Part shown: positions 22,396 through 33,210 of the stretch, piece after piece | How positions within the stretch are numbered: the stretch's first letter is position 1 | Layout: every line of letters starts with the position of its first letter | From: Nannocystis radixulma | GTDB lineage: Bacteria > Myxococcota_A > Polyangia > Nannocystales > Nannocystaceae | Assembly: GCF_028369095.1 (NCBI RefSeq) | Contig: NZ_JAQNDN010000024.1 | Span: 409,350 to 473,349, forward strand | Direction: 5' to 3' | DNA length: 64,000 nucleotides | The notes under the pieces: model-generated | What the model saw: the letters and a program-made list of their open reading frames with translations, nothing else | Told to the model about the DNA's origin: nothing | Databases searched by the model: none | Program-made: the position numbers and the translations under genes

Positions 22396-23526
22396 ATGGT
22401 GATCCGGATGCGAGCGAGCCGACGGGTCCTCGGGGTGGTGTGGCTCGGACTGTGCGCGTGTCCGACGCCGACCGCGAGCGACGAGGCCGCGACGGCGAGC
22501 GAGTCGAGCGGCACGAGCAGCACGAGTTCGACGGGCGGGTCCACGACCACGACGTCGATCACGGGAGAGAGCCCGGAGCCGGTGACCACCACGGGGGTGG
22601 CGCCCGGCGGCGGCGGCGGAGGTTGTGGTCACGACACGCCGGAGGCGTTGATGGGGTGCGTCGAGGCGAGGCGCTGGAGCGAGGACGTGGCGCTCATCGC
22701 TCACTCGCGTCCGCCTGATTCGCCGCACTGGCAGGTGGTGCAGGACCGCTGCGCGGCGGCGCTCGAGCAGGCGGGGTTCACGGTGCAGCGGCAGGCGTAT
22801 GTCAGCGGGGTCAACGTGATCGGGACGCTGCCGGGGACGACGACGCCCGACGAGGTGGTGCTGCTGGCGGCGCACTACGATCACATCGCCGGGTGCGCGG
22901 GCGCGGACGACAATGCGAGCGGGGTGGCGGGCGCGCTCGAGGTGGCCCGCGTGCTCGGCCAGGCGGCGCTGCCACGCACGGTGATCGTGGCCTGCTGGGA
23001 CGAGGAGGAGCTCGGCCTCCGCGGGTCGCGGGCGTTCGCGCAGGGGCTCACGGGGCCGATGCCGGTGGTCGCGTTCAACTTCGACATGATCGGGGTGGCG
23101 AGCGAGGTGGACAATTCACAGGTGTTCCCGGGGCCGCTGGCGGAGCGCTTCCCCGAGCTGCAGGCGGAGCTGCTGGCCAACCACGGGCGCGCCAACTTCA
23201 TCGCGGTGGTCGCCGACGCGCCGGCGGAGGCGTTCGCGCGCGAGCTCGAGGCGCAGGCGGAGAGCCTCGGCCGACTGACGGGAGTGATGGCGCTGACGGC
23301 CGCGGAGAAGCTCGACGACGATTTCGAGGTGCTGACGATGTCGGACCACCGCAGCTTCTGGGAGCGCGACATCCCGGCGCTGCACGTGTTCGACACCGGA
23401 GTGTTCCGCTACCCGGGTTATCATTGCACGAGCGGGCTCGACACGGTCGACAGGCTCGACGTGGCGTTCGCCACCGATGTGATGAAGGCGACGACGGCGG
23501 CGATGGCGTCCGCGGCGGGGCTGTAG
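22396..23526 (+). CDS. M28-family Zn aminopeptidase, secreted lipoprotein
   Basis: LGLCAC lipobox, Thr/Ser linker, and HYDHIAGCAGADDNASGVAG (M28 metal-binding motif) with downstream Asp/Glu ligands. Confidence 0.8.
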   Translation: MVIRMRASRRVLGVVWLGLCACPTPTASDEAATASESSGTSSTSSTGGSTTTTSITGESPEPVTTTGVAPGGGGGGCGHDTPEALMGCVEARRWSEDVALIAHSRPPDSPHWQVVQDRCAAALEQAGFTVQRQAYVSGVNVIGTLPGTTTPDEVVLLAAHYDHIAGCAGADDNASGVAGALEVARVLGQAALPRTVIVACWDEEELGLRGSRAFAQGLTGPMPVVAFNFDMIGVASEVDNSQVFPGPLAERFPELQAELLANHGRANFIAVVADAPAEAFARELEAQAESLGRLTGVMALTAAEKLDDDFEVLTMSDHRSFWERDIPALHVFDTGVFRYPGYHCTSGLDTVDRLDVAFATDVMKATTAAMASAAGL

Positions 23527-23548
23527 CGGTCGCTCAGTCCCTGTCGTC

Positions 23549-24505
23549 TCAACCCCACTGCAGGTCGAGGACGAAGCGCCGCCACTCGCGCTCGAAGCGG
23601 GGCATGTCGCGGTGGCCGAGGATCTTTTGTAATGTGGTGTAGCCGCCCGGGTCGAGGTCGGCGCCGGCGACGAAGGCGTGGTAGTAGTCGCGCAGGCGAT
23701 CGTGCTCCTGTAAATAATAGCAGAGGTAGCGGGCCTGGGCGTAATTGGTGCCGGACCGGGCGCCGTAGAACTCGTCGGAGGTGGTGGCGCACAGCTCGGC
23801 GAAGGAGCGCAGGCGCCTGGCCTCGATCACGGCCTGCAGGCCCGGCAGGCGCCAATTGGGGTAGCCGACGATCCGGCCGTCGTGCTCGCCGCACTGCTCG
23901 TAGAGCGAGGCGAGGCCTTCGTTGAACCAGGCCGGGCAGGCGGGGAAGTTGGCGGCCATGAAAGGGTGCACGATCTCGTGGACGAGGGTGCCGCCGCCCG
24001 TGCCGATGTTCATGATCAGGGCGGCGTGCCGCGGCGAGTAATAGCCGTAGGGGGTGTCCGGCTCCTCGCCGAACAGCTCGCGGGTGTTGCGGCCGTAGCT
24101 GTCGCTATCGGCGAACAGATAGACGTCGATGATCTGCTGCGGGTCGCGGCTGAAGTAGTCCTGCTTGAGGCGCAGGACCGACCAGTGGATCGTGCGGTCG
24201 CAGCGGCGCTGCAGCTGCTCGGGCGATTCGTCGCCGACGACGACGAACGGCGGCTCGACGAGGACGGTGAAGCCGCGGCCGTCGTGACGCCGGCGCAGCT
24301 CGTCGGCGCGGGTCTCGAGCGCGGCGCCGGTGATCGTGGCGGCGATGGTGTCGGCGGCGGCGGGAGGCGGGGGCCCGGGGGCCGGGAGCGGCGGCTCGGG
24401 CTCGGGCGCGAGCGAGCGCGGGGGCGGCGGGGCAGCGGCGAGGCGATCGCCGCAGGCCGAGAGTCCGGCGGCGGCGAGCCCGAGGGCGAATCTCCGGCGG
24501 TGCAT
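23549..24505 (-). CDS. Lipoprotein with an HExxH zinc-metalloprotease motif
   Basis: MHRRRFALGLAAAGLSACGD lipobox; LVHEIVHPFMAANFP followed by NEGLASLYEQ (a third Zn ligand or Glu-helix-like element). Confidence 0.6.
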   Translation of the reverse strand: MHRRRFALGLAAAGLSACGDRLAAAPPPPRSLAPEPEPPLPAPGPPPPAAADTIAATITGAALETRADELRRRHDGRGFTVLVEPPFVVVGDESPEQLQRRCDRTIHWSVLRLKQDYFSRDPQQIIDVYLFADSDSYGRNTRELFGEEPDTPYGYYSPRHAALIMNIGTGGGTLVHEIVHPFMAANFPACPAWFNEGLASLYEQCGEHDGRIVGYPNWRLPGLQAVIEARRLRSFAELCATTSDEFYGARSGTNYAQARYLCYYLQEHDRLRDYYHAFVAGADLDPGGYTTLQKILGHRDMPRFEREWRRFVLDLQWG

Positions 24506-24690
24506 TCGAGGTGGAGACGCGCGGGGGCGGGGGCCGGGTCTGCCGCTTCTTTCCCCGAACCCCCACTTCCACGCCCCGGACAACCAACCAGAGGAACCAA
24601 CGTTACGACCACCGACGCGGGCGAGCCCGCGCAGACGCTGCGCCACGTGGCGCATCGACGCCGCCGGGGCGAGTTTGTTAGGATTGAACA

Positions 24691-25077
24691 ATGCGACGGT
24701 TCGCCCTCGCCCTGGCCCTAGCGACCGGGTGCACGCCGATCCCCGCCGGGACATGGACACCGCACGAACCAAGGGCCAGCGCCCTGGCGGCCCGCACGAA
24801 TATCCATACCAATTGTGAAGCCATCCTTGGGGTTCGTCCGTGCCTCCCCGCCGAGGTGCGCGACGGAAGGCCCATCGACTCGGATCCCGACGAGGTTGCG
24901 CCACGGTACTCCGCCGCGGCGTCGAGCAGCGCCGCCGCGACTTCTTCAGCCGGCCGCGCCGCGGCGAAGTCCCCAGCCGCTCGGAGCGGCCCCGCGCCCC
25001 TGGGCACCCAGTTCTGGGGCAAGGTGCTCGAGTCCACCCTGTCGTCGCTTCTCAGGCCATTCAGCAGCTCCCGATGA
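24691..25077 (+). CDS. Possible small lipoprotein (128 aa), low complexity
   Basis: MRRFALALALATGCTPIPAG lipobox-like N-terminus in an otherwise empty 660-bp gap; the rest is Ala/Ser/Arg-rich, so this could be spurious. Confidence 0.3.
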   Translation: MRRFALALALATGCTPIPAGTWTPHEPRASALAARTNIHTNCEAILGVRPCLPAEVRDGRPIDSDPDEVAPRYSAAASSSAAATSSAGRAAAKSPAARSGPAPLGTQFWGKVLESTLSSLLRPFSSSR

Positions 25078-25106
25078 CAGGCCTGAAAGCGGGCCGCGCG
25101 GACACC

Positions 25107-25168
25107 GAGGATGTCCCGCGGGACATGTCGTCCGTGGTGTGGACGACATGTCCTCGGGGACAGATCGA
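25107..25168. repeat. Palindromic repeat array (about 4 units, one spacing irregular) between convergent gene ends
   Basis: gaggATGTCCcgcg, GGACATGTCGtccg, ggACGACATGTCCtcg, ggACAGATCgat; centres at 25111, 25125, 25148 and 25162. Confidence 0.6.
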
Positions 25169-27268
25169 TCAGCCGGGCTCGATCGAGCAGTAGCCGCCGA
25201 TGCAGGTGCCTTCGCCCTCGCAGCAGGCGGCGTCGACCTCGCACGAGTCGCCGATGTGCGAGCAGGTGTCGGGGACGTCGGAGCACACGGCGGGGTCGCC
25301 GTAGCAGAAGCCGTCACAGCAGTCGAAGCCGGCGTTGCAGCCCTGGCCGACCTGCTTGCACGGCGACAGCGCCCACTCGCCGCGCATGTTGGAGTTGTTC
25401 AGCTCCTGGCCCGGGAGCCAGAACGCGGGGTGGCTGGGGTCGGTGCCGGGGGTGATGTTGCCGTCGATGGCGGTCACCCACAGCTGCTTGCGCCGGGTGT
25501 TGGGGTTGGTGTCGGTCAGCGTGTTGCCGTACTTGCGCTCGGAGCCGATGATGAGCCACGAGTAGCCGCCGACCGAGACCGGCAGGAAGGTCGGCTCGTA
25601 GGTGGTCTGGTCCTGGCCGGGCTCGACGATGCCGAAGCCGTTGGCCTTGTCGAGGCGGACCACCGAGGAGCCGTCGAGGTTGGTCAGCCAGACCTCGGTG
25701 ACGGCGGCGCGGGTGCGGGCCTGGTTGAGGCGGTTGAACGCGATCCACTGCGAGTCGGGCGCGAAGGTCGGGAAGGTGGTGGTGGTGAGCCCGGGGATCT
25801 TGTCGACGATCTGGTGGGCGTTGGCGAACGAGTTGGTCATCAGATCGACGTCGACCAGCCACAGCTCGCTGTTGTTGAAGTCGAGCCAGTTGCCGTCGGT
25901 CTTGCGGGCGAACGCGAGCTTGGTGCCGTCGCCCGACCAAACCGGGTGCTGCGGCTTGCCGCCGGGCACGGTGAGCTGCGCCAGCGGGGTCGCGTTGTCG
26001 AAGGTGGTGAGCTTGAGCGCGCCGGTCTCGTCGGACTGGCCCCACACCACGTGCGAGCCGTTGGGCGCGATCGCCTGGAAGCCGGAGGCGAGGTCGGGGA
26101 AGTAGAGCACCTGGCCGGAGGCGGCGTCGATGGTGCTCCACGGGCTGTAGCCGCCGTGGAAGCTGGCGGCGATCCGCGAGCCGTCCTTCGACACGCTGTG
26201 ACAGGCGACGCAGGCCACGCCCGGGGGCTTCTGAATGAACGGCTCGGGCGCGGTGGCGCCGATGTTGAGGCGGACGACGTTGCCGTTGTTGACCTCCCAG
26301 TAATAGACGGTGCCGGTGAGGTTGGCCGGGGCGATCGTCCAGGTCTGGGTCTTGGCGAGGTAGGCCTTCTGGCCGTCGTAGCGGGCGATGTCGAGGTGGA
26401 CGTCGCCCTCGGTCGAGGCGGTCAGCTTGAGCCAGATGTCGGTCGGCAGCGCCGGGAAGTCGAAGCGCGAGGGCGGCGGGACGTTGTGGTAGCCCTTGTA
26501 CTCGAAGAAGTCGCTGTAGGCGTGGACGTAATAGAGGTCGTTGGCGCCGCCGCCGTCCCATTGAATGGTGGGACCGATGAGGCCGCGCGGGAACACGGTC
26601 TTGTCGTATGGATAGAGCAGGACCATCGACGGGTCGGGGTCGACCGCCATCGGGAACAGGTCCTTGGTCTCGGGCGGGACCGGCACCGGCTCGGCGTTGA
26701 ACACCAGCTTGACGGTGGCGTTGGTGGTCGCCGCGGGCAGCTCGCCGGTGCCCTCGAAGGTGACGGTGCCGATGCCGCCGGCGAAGCCCGTGGCCGTGAG
26801 CATGCCGGACAGGTCGCCGATGCCGGCGAGGTCGAGCTTGTCGTACGACCAGGTGCCGGTGACCGGGACCTTGATGCCCTTGTCGGTGATGCCGGTGGCG
26901 GTGTACTGGGTCGCCGCTGGGATGTTGCCGTCGACGACGGTGATGATCGCGTCGAGCGGATCGATCTCGATCGAGACGACCATGCCCGGGTCGTCGCCGG
27001 TGGTCGCGGTGGTCGCCGGATCGACGGTGGTGCCGGTCGAGGTGCCCGTGGGCGGGTTCTCGGTCGGATCGCCGACGGTGCCGGTGCCCTGCGGCTCGGT
27101 GGTCGTCGGCGTCGACGTGGCGGTGGTGTCGGTGCCGGCGGTGGCGTCAGTGGCGGTGACGGTGGTGGAGGCGGAGATGACGGAGCTGTCGGTCTCGGCG
27201 GGGCGATTGGGGTCGCCGCAAGCGAGCAGGCCCGCGGCCGAGAGGAGCGACACAAAATTCCAACGCAT
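25169..27268 (-). CDS. Large secreted lipoprotein: Thr-rich linker, TolB/WD40-like beta-propeller region and a Cys-rich C-terminal knot
   Basis: MRWNFVSLLSAAGLLACGD lipobox; the C-terminus CKQVGQGCNAGFDCCDGFCYGDPAVCSDVPDTCSHIGDSCEVDAACCEGEGTCIGGYC. Confidence 0.7.
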   Translation of the reverse strand: MRWNFVSLLSAAGLLACGDPNRPAETDSSVISASTTVTATDATAGTDTTATSTPTTTEPQGTGTVGDPTENPPTGTSTGTTVDPATTATTGDDPGMVVSIEIDPLDAIITVVDGNIPAATQYTATGITDKGIKVPVTGTWSYDKLDLAGIGDLSGMLTATGFAGGIGTVTFEGTGELPAATTNATVKLVFNAEPVPVPPETKDLFPMAVDPDPSMVLLYPYDKTVFPRGLIGPTIQWDGGGANDLYYVHAYSDFFEYKGYHNVPPPSRFDFPALPTDIWLKLTASTEGDVHLDIARYDGQKAYLAKTQTWTIAPANLTGTVYYWEVNNGNVVRLNIGATAPEPFIQKPPGVACVACHSVSKDGSRIAASFHGGYSPWSTIDAASGQVLYFPDLASGFQAIAPNGSHVVWGQSDETGALKLTTFDNATPLAQLTVPGGKPQHPVWSGDGTKLAFARKTDGNWLDFNNSELWLVDVDLMTNSFANAHQIVDKIPGLTTTTFPTFAPDSQWIAFNRLNQARTRAAVTEVWLTNLDGSSVVRLDKANGFGIVEPGQDQTTYEPTFLPVSVGGYSWLIIGSERKYGNTLTDTNPNTRRKQLWVTAIDGNITPGTDPSHPAFWLPGQELNNSNMRGEWALSPCKQVGQGCNAGFDCCDGFCYGDPAVCSDVPDTCSHIGDSCEVDAACCEGEGTCIGGYCSIEPG

Positions 27269-27379
27269 GCGCCGATTACAGCGAAGATCGGCGGCACCGG
27301 CTAGACGGAGATCCCCGGTGCGAGGCGGCCCCACGCCGGGCCCGCGGGCCGGAACGGTCCGCAGGCGCGAGCCTTTGGC

Positions 27380-28246
27380 TCAGGAGTTCAGCGGCTCGCG
27401 CGCGTCGACGATGTCGCGCGCGAGGCCGACGAGGGCGAGGGCGCGGATCATGAGGTAGGTCGGGTCGACCTCGAACCACCGCCGGCCGTGCGCCGCGGCG
27501 CGCTGGTGGGCGTGGTGATTGTTGTGCCAGCCCTCGCCGAAGGTCAGAAGGGCCACCCACCAATTGTTGCGCGAGTCGTCGCGGGTCTCGTAGTTGCGGT
27601 AACCCCAGCGATGCGCGGCCGAGTTGACGAGCCAGGTCGCGTGATACGTGAATACGAGGCGGACCGGGACGCCCCACACGACCCAGCTCCAGCCCTGGCC
27701 GAGCCACGCCTCGCCGACGACGTAGAGGAGGACGGCGAGCACGAACTGCGGGATGTAGTGCCAGCGGTCGAACCACCGCATGACCGGGTCGCGCAGGAGG
27801 TCGCGGGCGAACGCGCGCTCGGCGTCCTCGTCGGCGCGCATGAAGACCCACAACATGTGGGCCCACAACAGGCCGCGCCGCGGCGAGTGCGGGTCGTGCT
27901 CCTGATCGGACCAGCGGTGATGCAGGCGGTGCTTGCCGACCCACAGCACCGGGCTGCCCTGCCAGCTCAGGGTGCCGAACAGGACGATGAGACGGGCGAG
28001 CCACGGCGAGACGCGGAAGCTGCGGTGGCACAGCAGGCGGTGATAGCCGAGGCAGATGCCGACGCCGCCGGCGAGCCACCAGAGGAAGAGCGCGACCCCG
28101 AGGCCGCTCCACGAGAAAGTGAACGGGGCCGCGACGCACGCCAGGTGCATGAGGCCGGCGCCGATCACGTGACTCCACATGAGGCCGCCGACGGCGGGTG
28201 AGTCAGTGGCCGGCGGAGGGAGGGTATCTTCGACTGCCGTGGTCAA
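27380..28246 (-). CDS. Membrane fatty-acid desaturase (acyl-CoA/acyl-lipid delta-9 desaturase family)
   Basis: Three His boxes (HRLLCH, HRLHH, HNNHH) and four TM helices. The start may be the internal M at 28180. Confidence 0.8.
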   Translation of the reverse strand: MTTAVEDTLPPPATDSPAVGGLMWSHVIGAGLMHLACVAAPFTFSWSGLGVALFLWWLAGGVGICLGYHRLLCHRSFRVSPWLARLIVLFGTLSWQGSPVLWVGKHRLHHRWSDQEHDPHSPRRGLLWAHMLWVFMRADEDAERAFARDLLRDPVMRWFDRWHYIPQFVLAVLLYVVGEAWLGQGWSWVVWGVPVRLVFTYHATWLVNSAAHRWGYRNYETRDDSRNNWWVALLTFGEGWHNNHHAHQRAAAHGRRWFEVDPTYLMIRALALVGLARDIVDAREPLNS

Positions 28247-28432
28247 GGCGACCGCAGGCTACCAGCGGCGAGCACGAGTCCGGGCGGGGCGGCAGATCCG
28301 GGCGGCGCGCGTCGACGCACGTCGGGTCCGCCGCCCGTGCGCGCCGTCCGAGGTCGGAGGCGATGAGAGACCTCCCGTGCGACCGGCGCCGATGGTGCCG
28401 CATGCAGGCGTCGGCGGGTTATTCTGCCGTCC

Positions 28433-29626
<1,194 letters not shown>

Positions 29627-29633
29627 GCCGGCG

Positions 29634-30275
29634 ATGACGGACGCGAAGCAGCGAGCGGCGACGGCGGCGCTGGCTCACGTGTCCGAAGGGACAGTCATCG
29701 GGGTGGGCACCGGCTCGACGGTGGCCCAATTCATCGACGCGCTGGCGGCCGCGCGGGTCGCCGGCGCGGTCGCCAGCTCCGAGCAGACGGCCGCCCGGCT
29801 GCGCGCGCGCGGGATCGCGGTGCTCGACCTCAACGCGACCGGGCCGCTGCCGCTGTACGTCGACGGCGCCGACGCGTGCGACCCACGCCGCCGCCTGGTC
29901 AAGGGCGGCGGCGCAGCGCTGACCCGCGAGAAGATCGTGGCCGCGGCGTCGGAGCGGTTCGTGTGCATCGTCGACCCGAGCAAGCGCGTCGAGCGACTGG
30001 GACGGTTCCCGCTGCCGGTCGAGGTGATCCCGATGGCGCGCGAGCTGGTGGCCCGCACAATCGCCCGCATGACCGGCGGCACTCCCGTGTGGCGCGAGGG
30101 CGTGGTGACCGACAACGGCGGGTGGATCCTCGACGTCCACGGGCTCGTGATCGACGAGCCGGAGGCGCTCGAGTCGGCGATCGACCAGATCGCCGGTGTG
30201 GTGAGCGTGGGGCTGTTCGCGCGCCGCCCGGCCGATGTGGTGATCGTCGGCGACGACCCACCGTGGTCGTGGTGA
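29634..30275 (+). CDS. rpiA: Ribose-5-phosphate isomerase A
   Basis: [17 protein letters not shown] and [11 protein letters not shown] are RpiA motifs; 213 aa. Confidence 0.9.
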   Translation: MTDAKQRAATAALAHVSEGTVIGVGTGSTVAQFIDALAAARVAGAVASSEQTAARLRARGIAVLDLNATGPLPLYVDGADACDPRRRLVKGGGAALTREKIVAAASERFVCIVDPSKRVERLGRFPLPVEVIPMARELVARTIARMTGGTPVWREGVVTDNGGWILDVHGLVIDEPEALESAIDQIAGVVSVGLFARRPADVVIVGDDPPWSW

Positions 30276-30312
30276 GCGGATCGTCAGCGAGAATGGTGAG
30301 AGTCGCGCTGCG

Positions 30313-32403
30313 TTAAAAATCGGGGCAGGCGGTGAGGCTGGAGATCCAGGCGTCGATCAGCGCCACACCGGCCTCGTCGACGACGGCGGAGCCGACGGCG
30401 GGCATGCGGGTGCTGCCGAGGCTGTGCATGCGGGCGGAGAGGATCGAGCGCGCGGGATCGCCGGGGGTGAGCAGGGCGGCATCGGCGAGGTCGAGGTCGC
30501 CGGAGCGGGGCGGGGCGTCGCACAGGCCCATATTCCCGACCGGGACACCGGCGCGCAGGTCGATGCGGGCGCGGCCGCTGGGGGCGTCGGGGCGGTGACA
30601 CTGCGAGCAATTGGCGTGGAGGTAGGCGCGGGCGCGATCGGCGAGCGGGGCGTCGCCGTCGATCGCGGGCAGCGGCGCGACGTCGGGCGGCGCGGGCAGG
30701 ACCCCTTGCGCGCCGAGCAGGAACAGCTGATCGACCGGCTCGCCGGCCTCGTCGGGGACGTCGCGGGCGAGCTGCGCCAGCTCGAGGCCGAGCGTGCGGC
30801 CGGCGGCGCGCGAATGGCAGTACATGCAATCGGCGCGGTCGGGGAAGATCCACGTCTGCTCGCCGACGACGCGCGTCTCGCCGCCCTCGAGCAGGCGCGC
30901 GTCGCTGCCGTCCTGCTCCCACGCGTAGCTGTAGCCGGCCCAGTCGCCGTCGCCGTGGTGGACGAACAGGCGCGTCTCGACCGGGGCGCCGGCCAGCTCG
31001 AAGGTCTTGACGACGACGCTGCCGGTCGGCAATGCGAGGTCGTCGTCGTCGCCGACGGTGGCGACACGGCCGGGCGGCAGGAACATCCAGCGCGTCTTGT
31101 CGGCGCCGTCGGACCAGAACGGGACGTTGATCTCGTAGGCGACGGCGCCGGCGGGCGGGCGCCGCGGGTCGGCGACATCGAGGCAACCTGTCTCCGAGAG
31201 CATGTCCGGAAGGCCCGGTCCGGTCGGCGGAGAGGCGGCGCGCAGGCGGTAGATCCCGCCGTCGTAGGCGAGGGCGTACAGCTCGCCGGCCTGGTCCTCG
31301 GCGAAGGCGACGGTGCCGCGCACGCCGGCCTCGCCGAGCACCACCGGCGCCTCGCCGTCGCGGACGCCCCACAGGGTCTGGCCGTAGAAATCGGTGTAGA
31401 CGAACAGGCCGGCGAGGTCGGGCAATTCGGCGCCGCGGTAGACGAAGCCGGCGATCACGGAGGCGCCGCCGGTGTTGCGGTACTGGGCGACGGGATCGAC
31501 GAGGCCGGCGCCGGCGCACGTGTCCTGGCCGAAGCAGTCGCGGCCCTCCTTGATGTTCCAGCCGTAGTTGCCGCCGAGGACGATCCGGTCGACCTCCTCC
31601 CACACGTTCTGGCCGACGTCGCCGGCCCACAGGTCGCCGGTGGCGCGATCGAAGCTGAAGCGCCACGGGTTGCGCAGGCCGAGCGCGAAGATCTCGGGGC
31701 GACCGCCGCCGCCCGCGTAGGGGTTGTCGGGCGGGATGGCGTACGGTTCGCCGCCGCCTGTGTCGAGGCGGAGGATCTTGCCGAGCAGGCTGTCGGGGTT
31801 CTGGGCGTGGCCTTGCGGGTCGCCGCCCGAGCCGCCGTCGCCGAGGCTGAAGTAGAGGTAGCCGTCGCGGTCGAAACCGAGGCCGCCGCCGTTGTGGTTG
31901 GTGTAGGGCTGATCGACGACGAGGATCGGCTCCTCGCTGGCGAGGTCGAGGGTGAGGCCGTCGTCGCCGGCGAGGAAGCGAGACACGCGCGACTCGAACA
32001 CGGGCCCGCCGGGGCCGGTGTACGACAGGAAAACCTCGCGGTTGTCGGCGTAATCTGGATGAAAGGCCATGCCCAAAAGGCCAGCCTCGCCGCCGACGAC
32101 GATCTGGTCGGACAGGTCGGCGAACACGGTCGGGGCGGGCGGGTCGGCGACGTTGGGGAAGGTGTAGATCCGTCCGGCCTGGGTGGCGACATACCAGCGA
32201 TCGCCGGTCGGGGCGAGCTGCAGGTCGACGCCGCCGTCGACGGCGACGGAGGGGAACACGCGCGCGAGCTCGACGACGTCGCGGGACGGCGGGCGCGGGA
32301 GGTTCAGGCACTCCGGACCGCCGGCATCGCCCGAGCTGCAGGCGCCCGCGAGCGAGGCGACGAGCGCGGCCGGTCCGAACCTACGCGTAAGTTTAAAGAG
32401 CAT
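30313..32403 (-). CDS. PQQ-dependent soluble sugar (glucose/sorbosone) dehydrogenase beta-propeller fused to a C-terminal di-haem cytochrome c region; lipoprotein
   Basis: GGNYGWN and HNGGGLGFD are SGL/sGDH-family motifs; the CxxCH motifs are CMYCH and CSQCH; N-terminus LAGACSS. Confidence 0.75.
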   Translation of the reverse strand: MLFKLTRRFGPAALVASLAGACSSGDAGGPECLNLPRPPSRDVVELARVFPSVAVDGGVDLQLAPTGDRWYVATQAGRIYTFPNVADPPAPTVFADLSDQIVVGGEAGLLGMAFHPDYADNREVFLSYTGPGGPVFESRVSRFLAGDDGLTLDLASEEPILVVDQPYTNHNGGGLGFDRDGYLYFSLGDGGSGGDPQGHAQNPDSLLGKILRLDTGGGEPYAIPPDNPYAGGGGRPEIFALGLRNPWRFSFDRATGDLWAGDVGQNVWEEVDRIVLGGNYGWNIKEGRDCFGQDTCAGAGLVDPVAQYRNTGGASVIAGFVYRGAELPDLAGLFVYTDFYGQTLWGVRDGEAPVVLGEAGVRGTVAFAEDQAGELYALAYDGGIYRLRAASPPTGPGLPDMLSETGCLDVADPRRPPAGAVAYEINVPFWSDGADKTRWMFLPPGRVATVGDDDDLALPTGSVVVKTFELAGAPVETRLFVHHGDGDWAGYSYAWEQDGSDARLLEGGETRVVGEQTWIFPDRADCMYCHSRAAGRTLGLELAQLARDVPDEAGEPVDQLFLLGAQGVLPAPPDVAPLPAIDGDAPLADRARAYLHANCSQCHRPDAPSGRARIDLRAGVPVGNMGLCDAPPRSGDLDLADAALLTPGDPARSILSARMHSLGSTRMPAVGSAVVDEAGVALIDAWISSLTACPDF

Positions 32404-32420
32404 GGTTCAGGATACGCCGG

Positions 32421-33137
32421 TTGCGGGCAGTGGCACAGTCGAGAGCGTGTATTGCGCGGCTGGAAAAGCAGGCCCTGTTTTCCTATGTTCCGCGCCGCGT
32501 GACCCTCCGTGACCTGTACCCCCCGATCATCGCTCTGGCCGCGTGCCTGGGCCTGGCCTGCTCCGACGACAAGGACCCGCTCGACTCCGCGACCAATGTG
32601 ACGGCGGCGTCGGCCAACCCGACGGCCTCGTCCAACGGCAGCAACGCCAGCAACTCCGGCAACGCCAGCAACGACACCAACGACACCAACAACGACACCA
32701 CCGCGACCGACGACAGCGGCCCCGCGACCGACACGAGCGGCGCGACCGAAGGCGACGGCACCGACGGCACCGACGCCGCGCCGACGTCGGGCGAGCCGAC
32801 GCTCGGCACGACGATGGGCGCCGACACGACCAGCACGGCGACGACCGAGCCGGCGCCGACCGACGGTCCGGGCGTGCTGCCGGGCGAGGACGGCATGGAC
32901 GCGTTCTGCCGCCGCTACAAGGAGTGCGGCGGGACCTACTACGGCGACCAGCAGGAGTGCCTGCAGGCGACCTACGACTACTGGGGCGACTGTCCGTCGC
33001 GCAAGGCCGCGCTCGACGGGTTCGGCGAGTGCATGTCGGAGCTCGACTGTTCCGAATGGAACCCCGACGCCTACAACCCGGGCAGCACGCCGTGCGCCCA
33101 GCAGTGGGGCGAGGTCGAGTCGTCCGACCCGTGTTGA
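32421..33137 (+). CDS. Small secreted Cys-rich lipoprotein with an Asn/Thr/Asp-rich linker
   Basis: IIALAACLGLACSDD lipobox and a C-terminal Cys-rich module. The true start is probably a GTG near 32499, because the upstream gene ends at 32403. Confidence 0.55.
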   Translation: MRAVAQSRACIARLEKQALFSYVPRRVTLRDLYPPIIALAACLGLACSDDKDPLDSATNVTAASANPTASSNGSNASNSGNASNDTNDTNNDTTATDDSGPATDTSGATEGDGTDGTDAAPTSGEPTLGTTMGADTTSTATTEPAPTDGPGVLPGEDGMDAFCRRYKECGGTYYGDQQECLQATYDYWGDCPSRKAALDGFGECMSELDCSEWNPDAYNPGSTPCAQQWGEVESSDPC

Positions 33138-33210
33138 GTGGCTGAAGGGACATGCCCCTGAGAGCCTGTGCTCAGGGGCATGGCTCCGAGGACATGTCCG
33201 AATCGCCACC
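33132..33210. repeat. 14-bp-period palindromic repeat array (5-6 units) between convergent genes, overlapping the last 8 codons of the methyltransferase gene
   Basis: Centres at 33150, 33164, 33178 and 33192 exactly 14 bp apart; units are ggacatgccc, gagcctgtgc, gggcatggct and a perfect ggacatgtcc. Confidence 0.7.

Noticed and set aside
24815-27304. ORF 24815..27304 (829 aa, +) and 25314..26561 (-), overlapping the large beta-propeller lipoprotein
   Set aside because: Gly/Arg/Asp low complexity without a signal peptide or domains. The minus-strand lipoprotein frame has a lipobox and a structured C-terminus.
29670-29700. Repeat-like cacGTGTCCgaagGGACAGTCatc inside rpiA
   Set aside because: It encodes the conserved RpiA N-terminal motif ([15 protein letters not shown]). 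It is probably a chance resemblance and is not counted as an array.
30284-32502. ORFs 30284..32311 (-) and 30424..32502 (+), overlapping the PQQ dehydrogenase
   Set aside because: Arg/Pro-rich artefacts. The PQQ-dehydrogenase frame carries GGNYGWN and CxxCH motifs.
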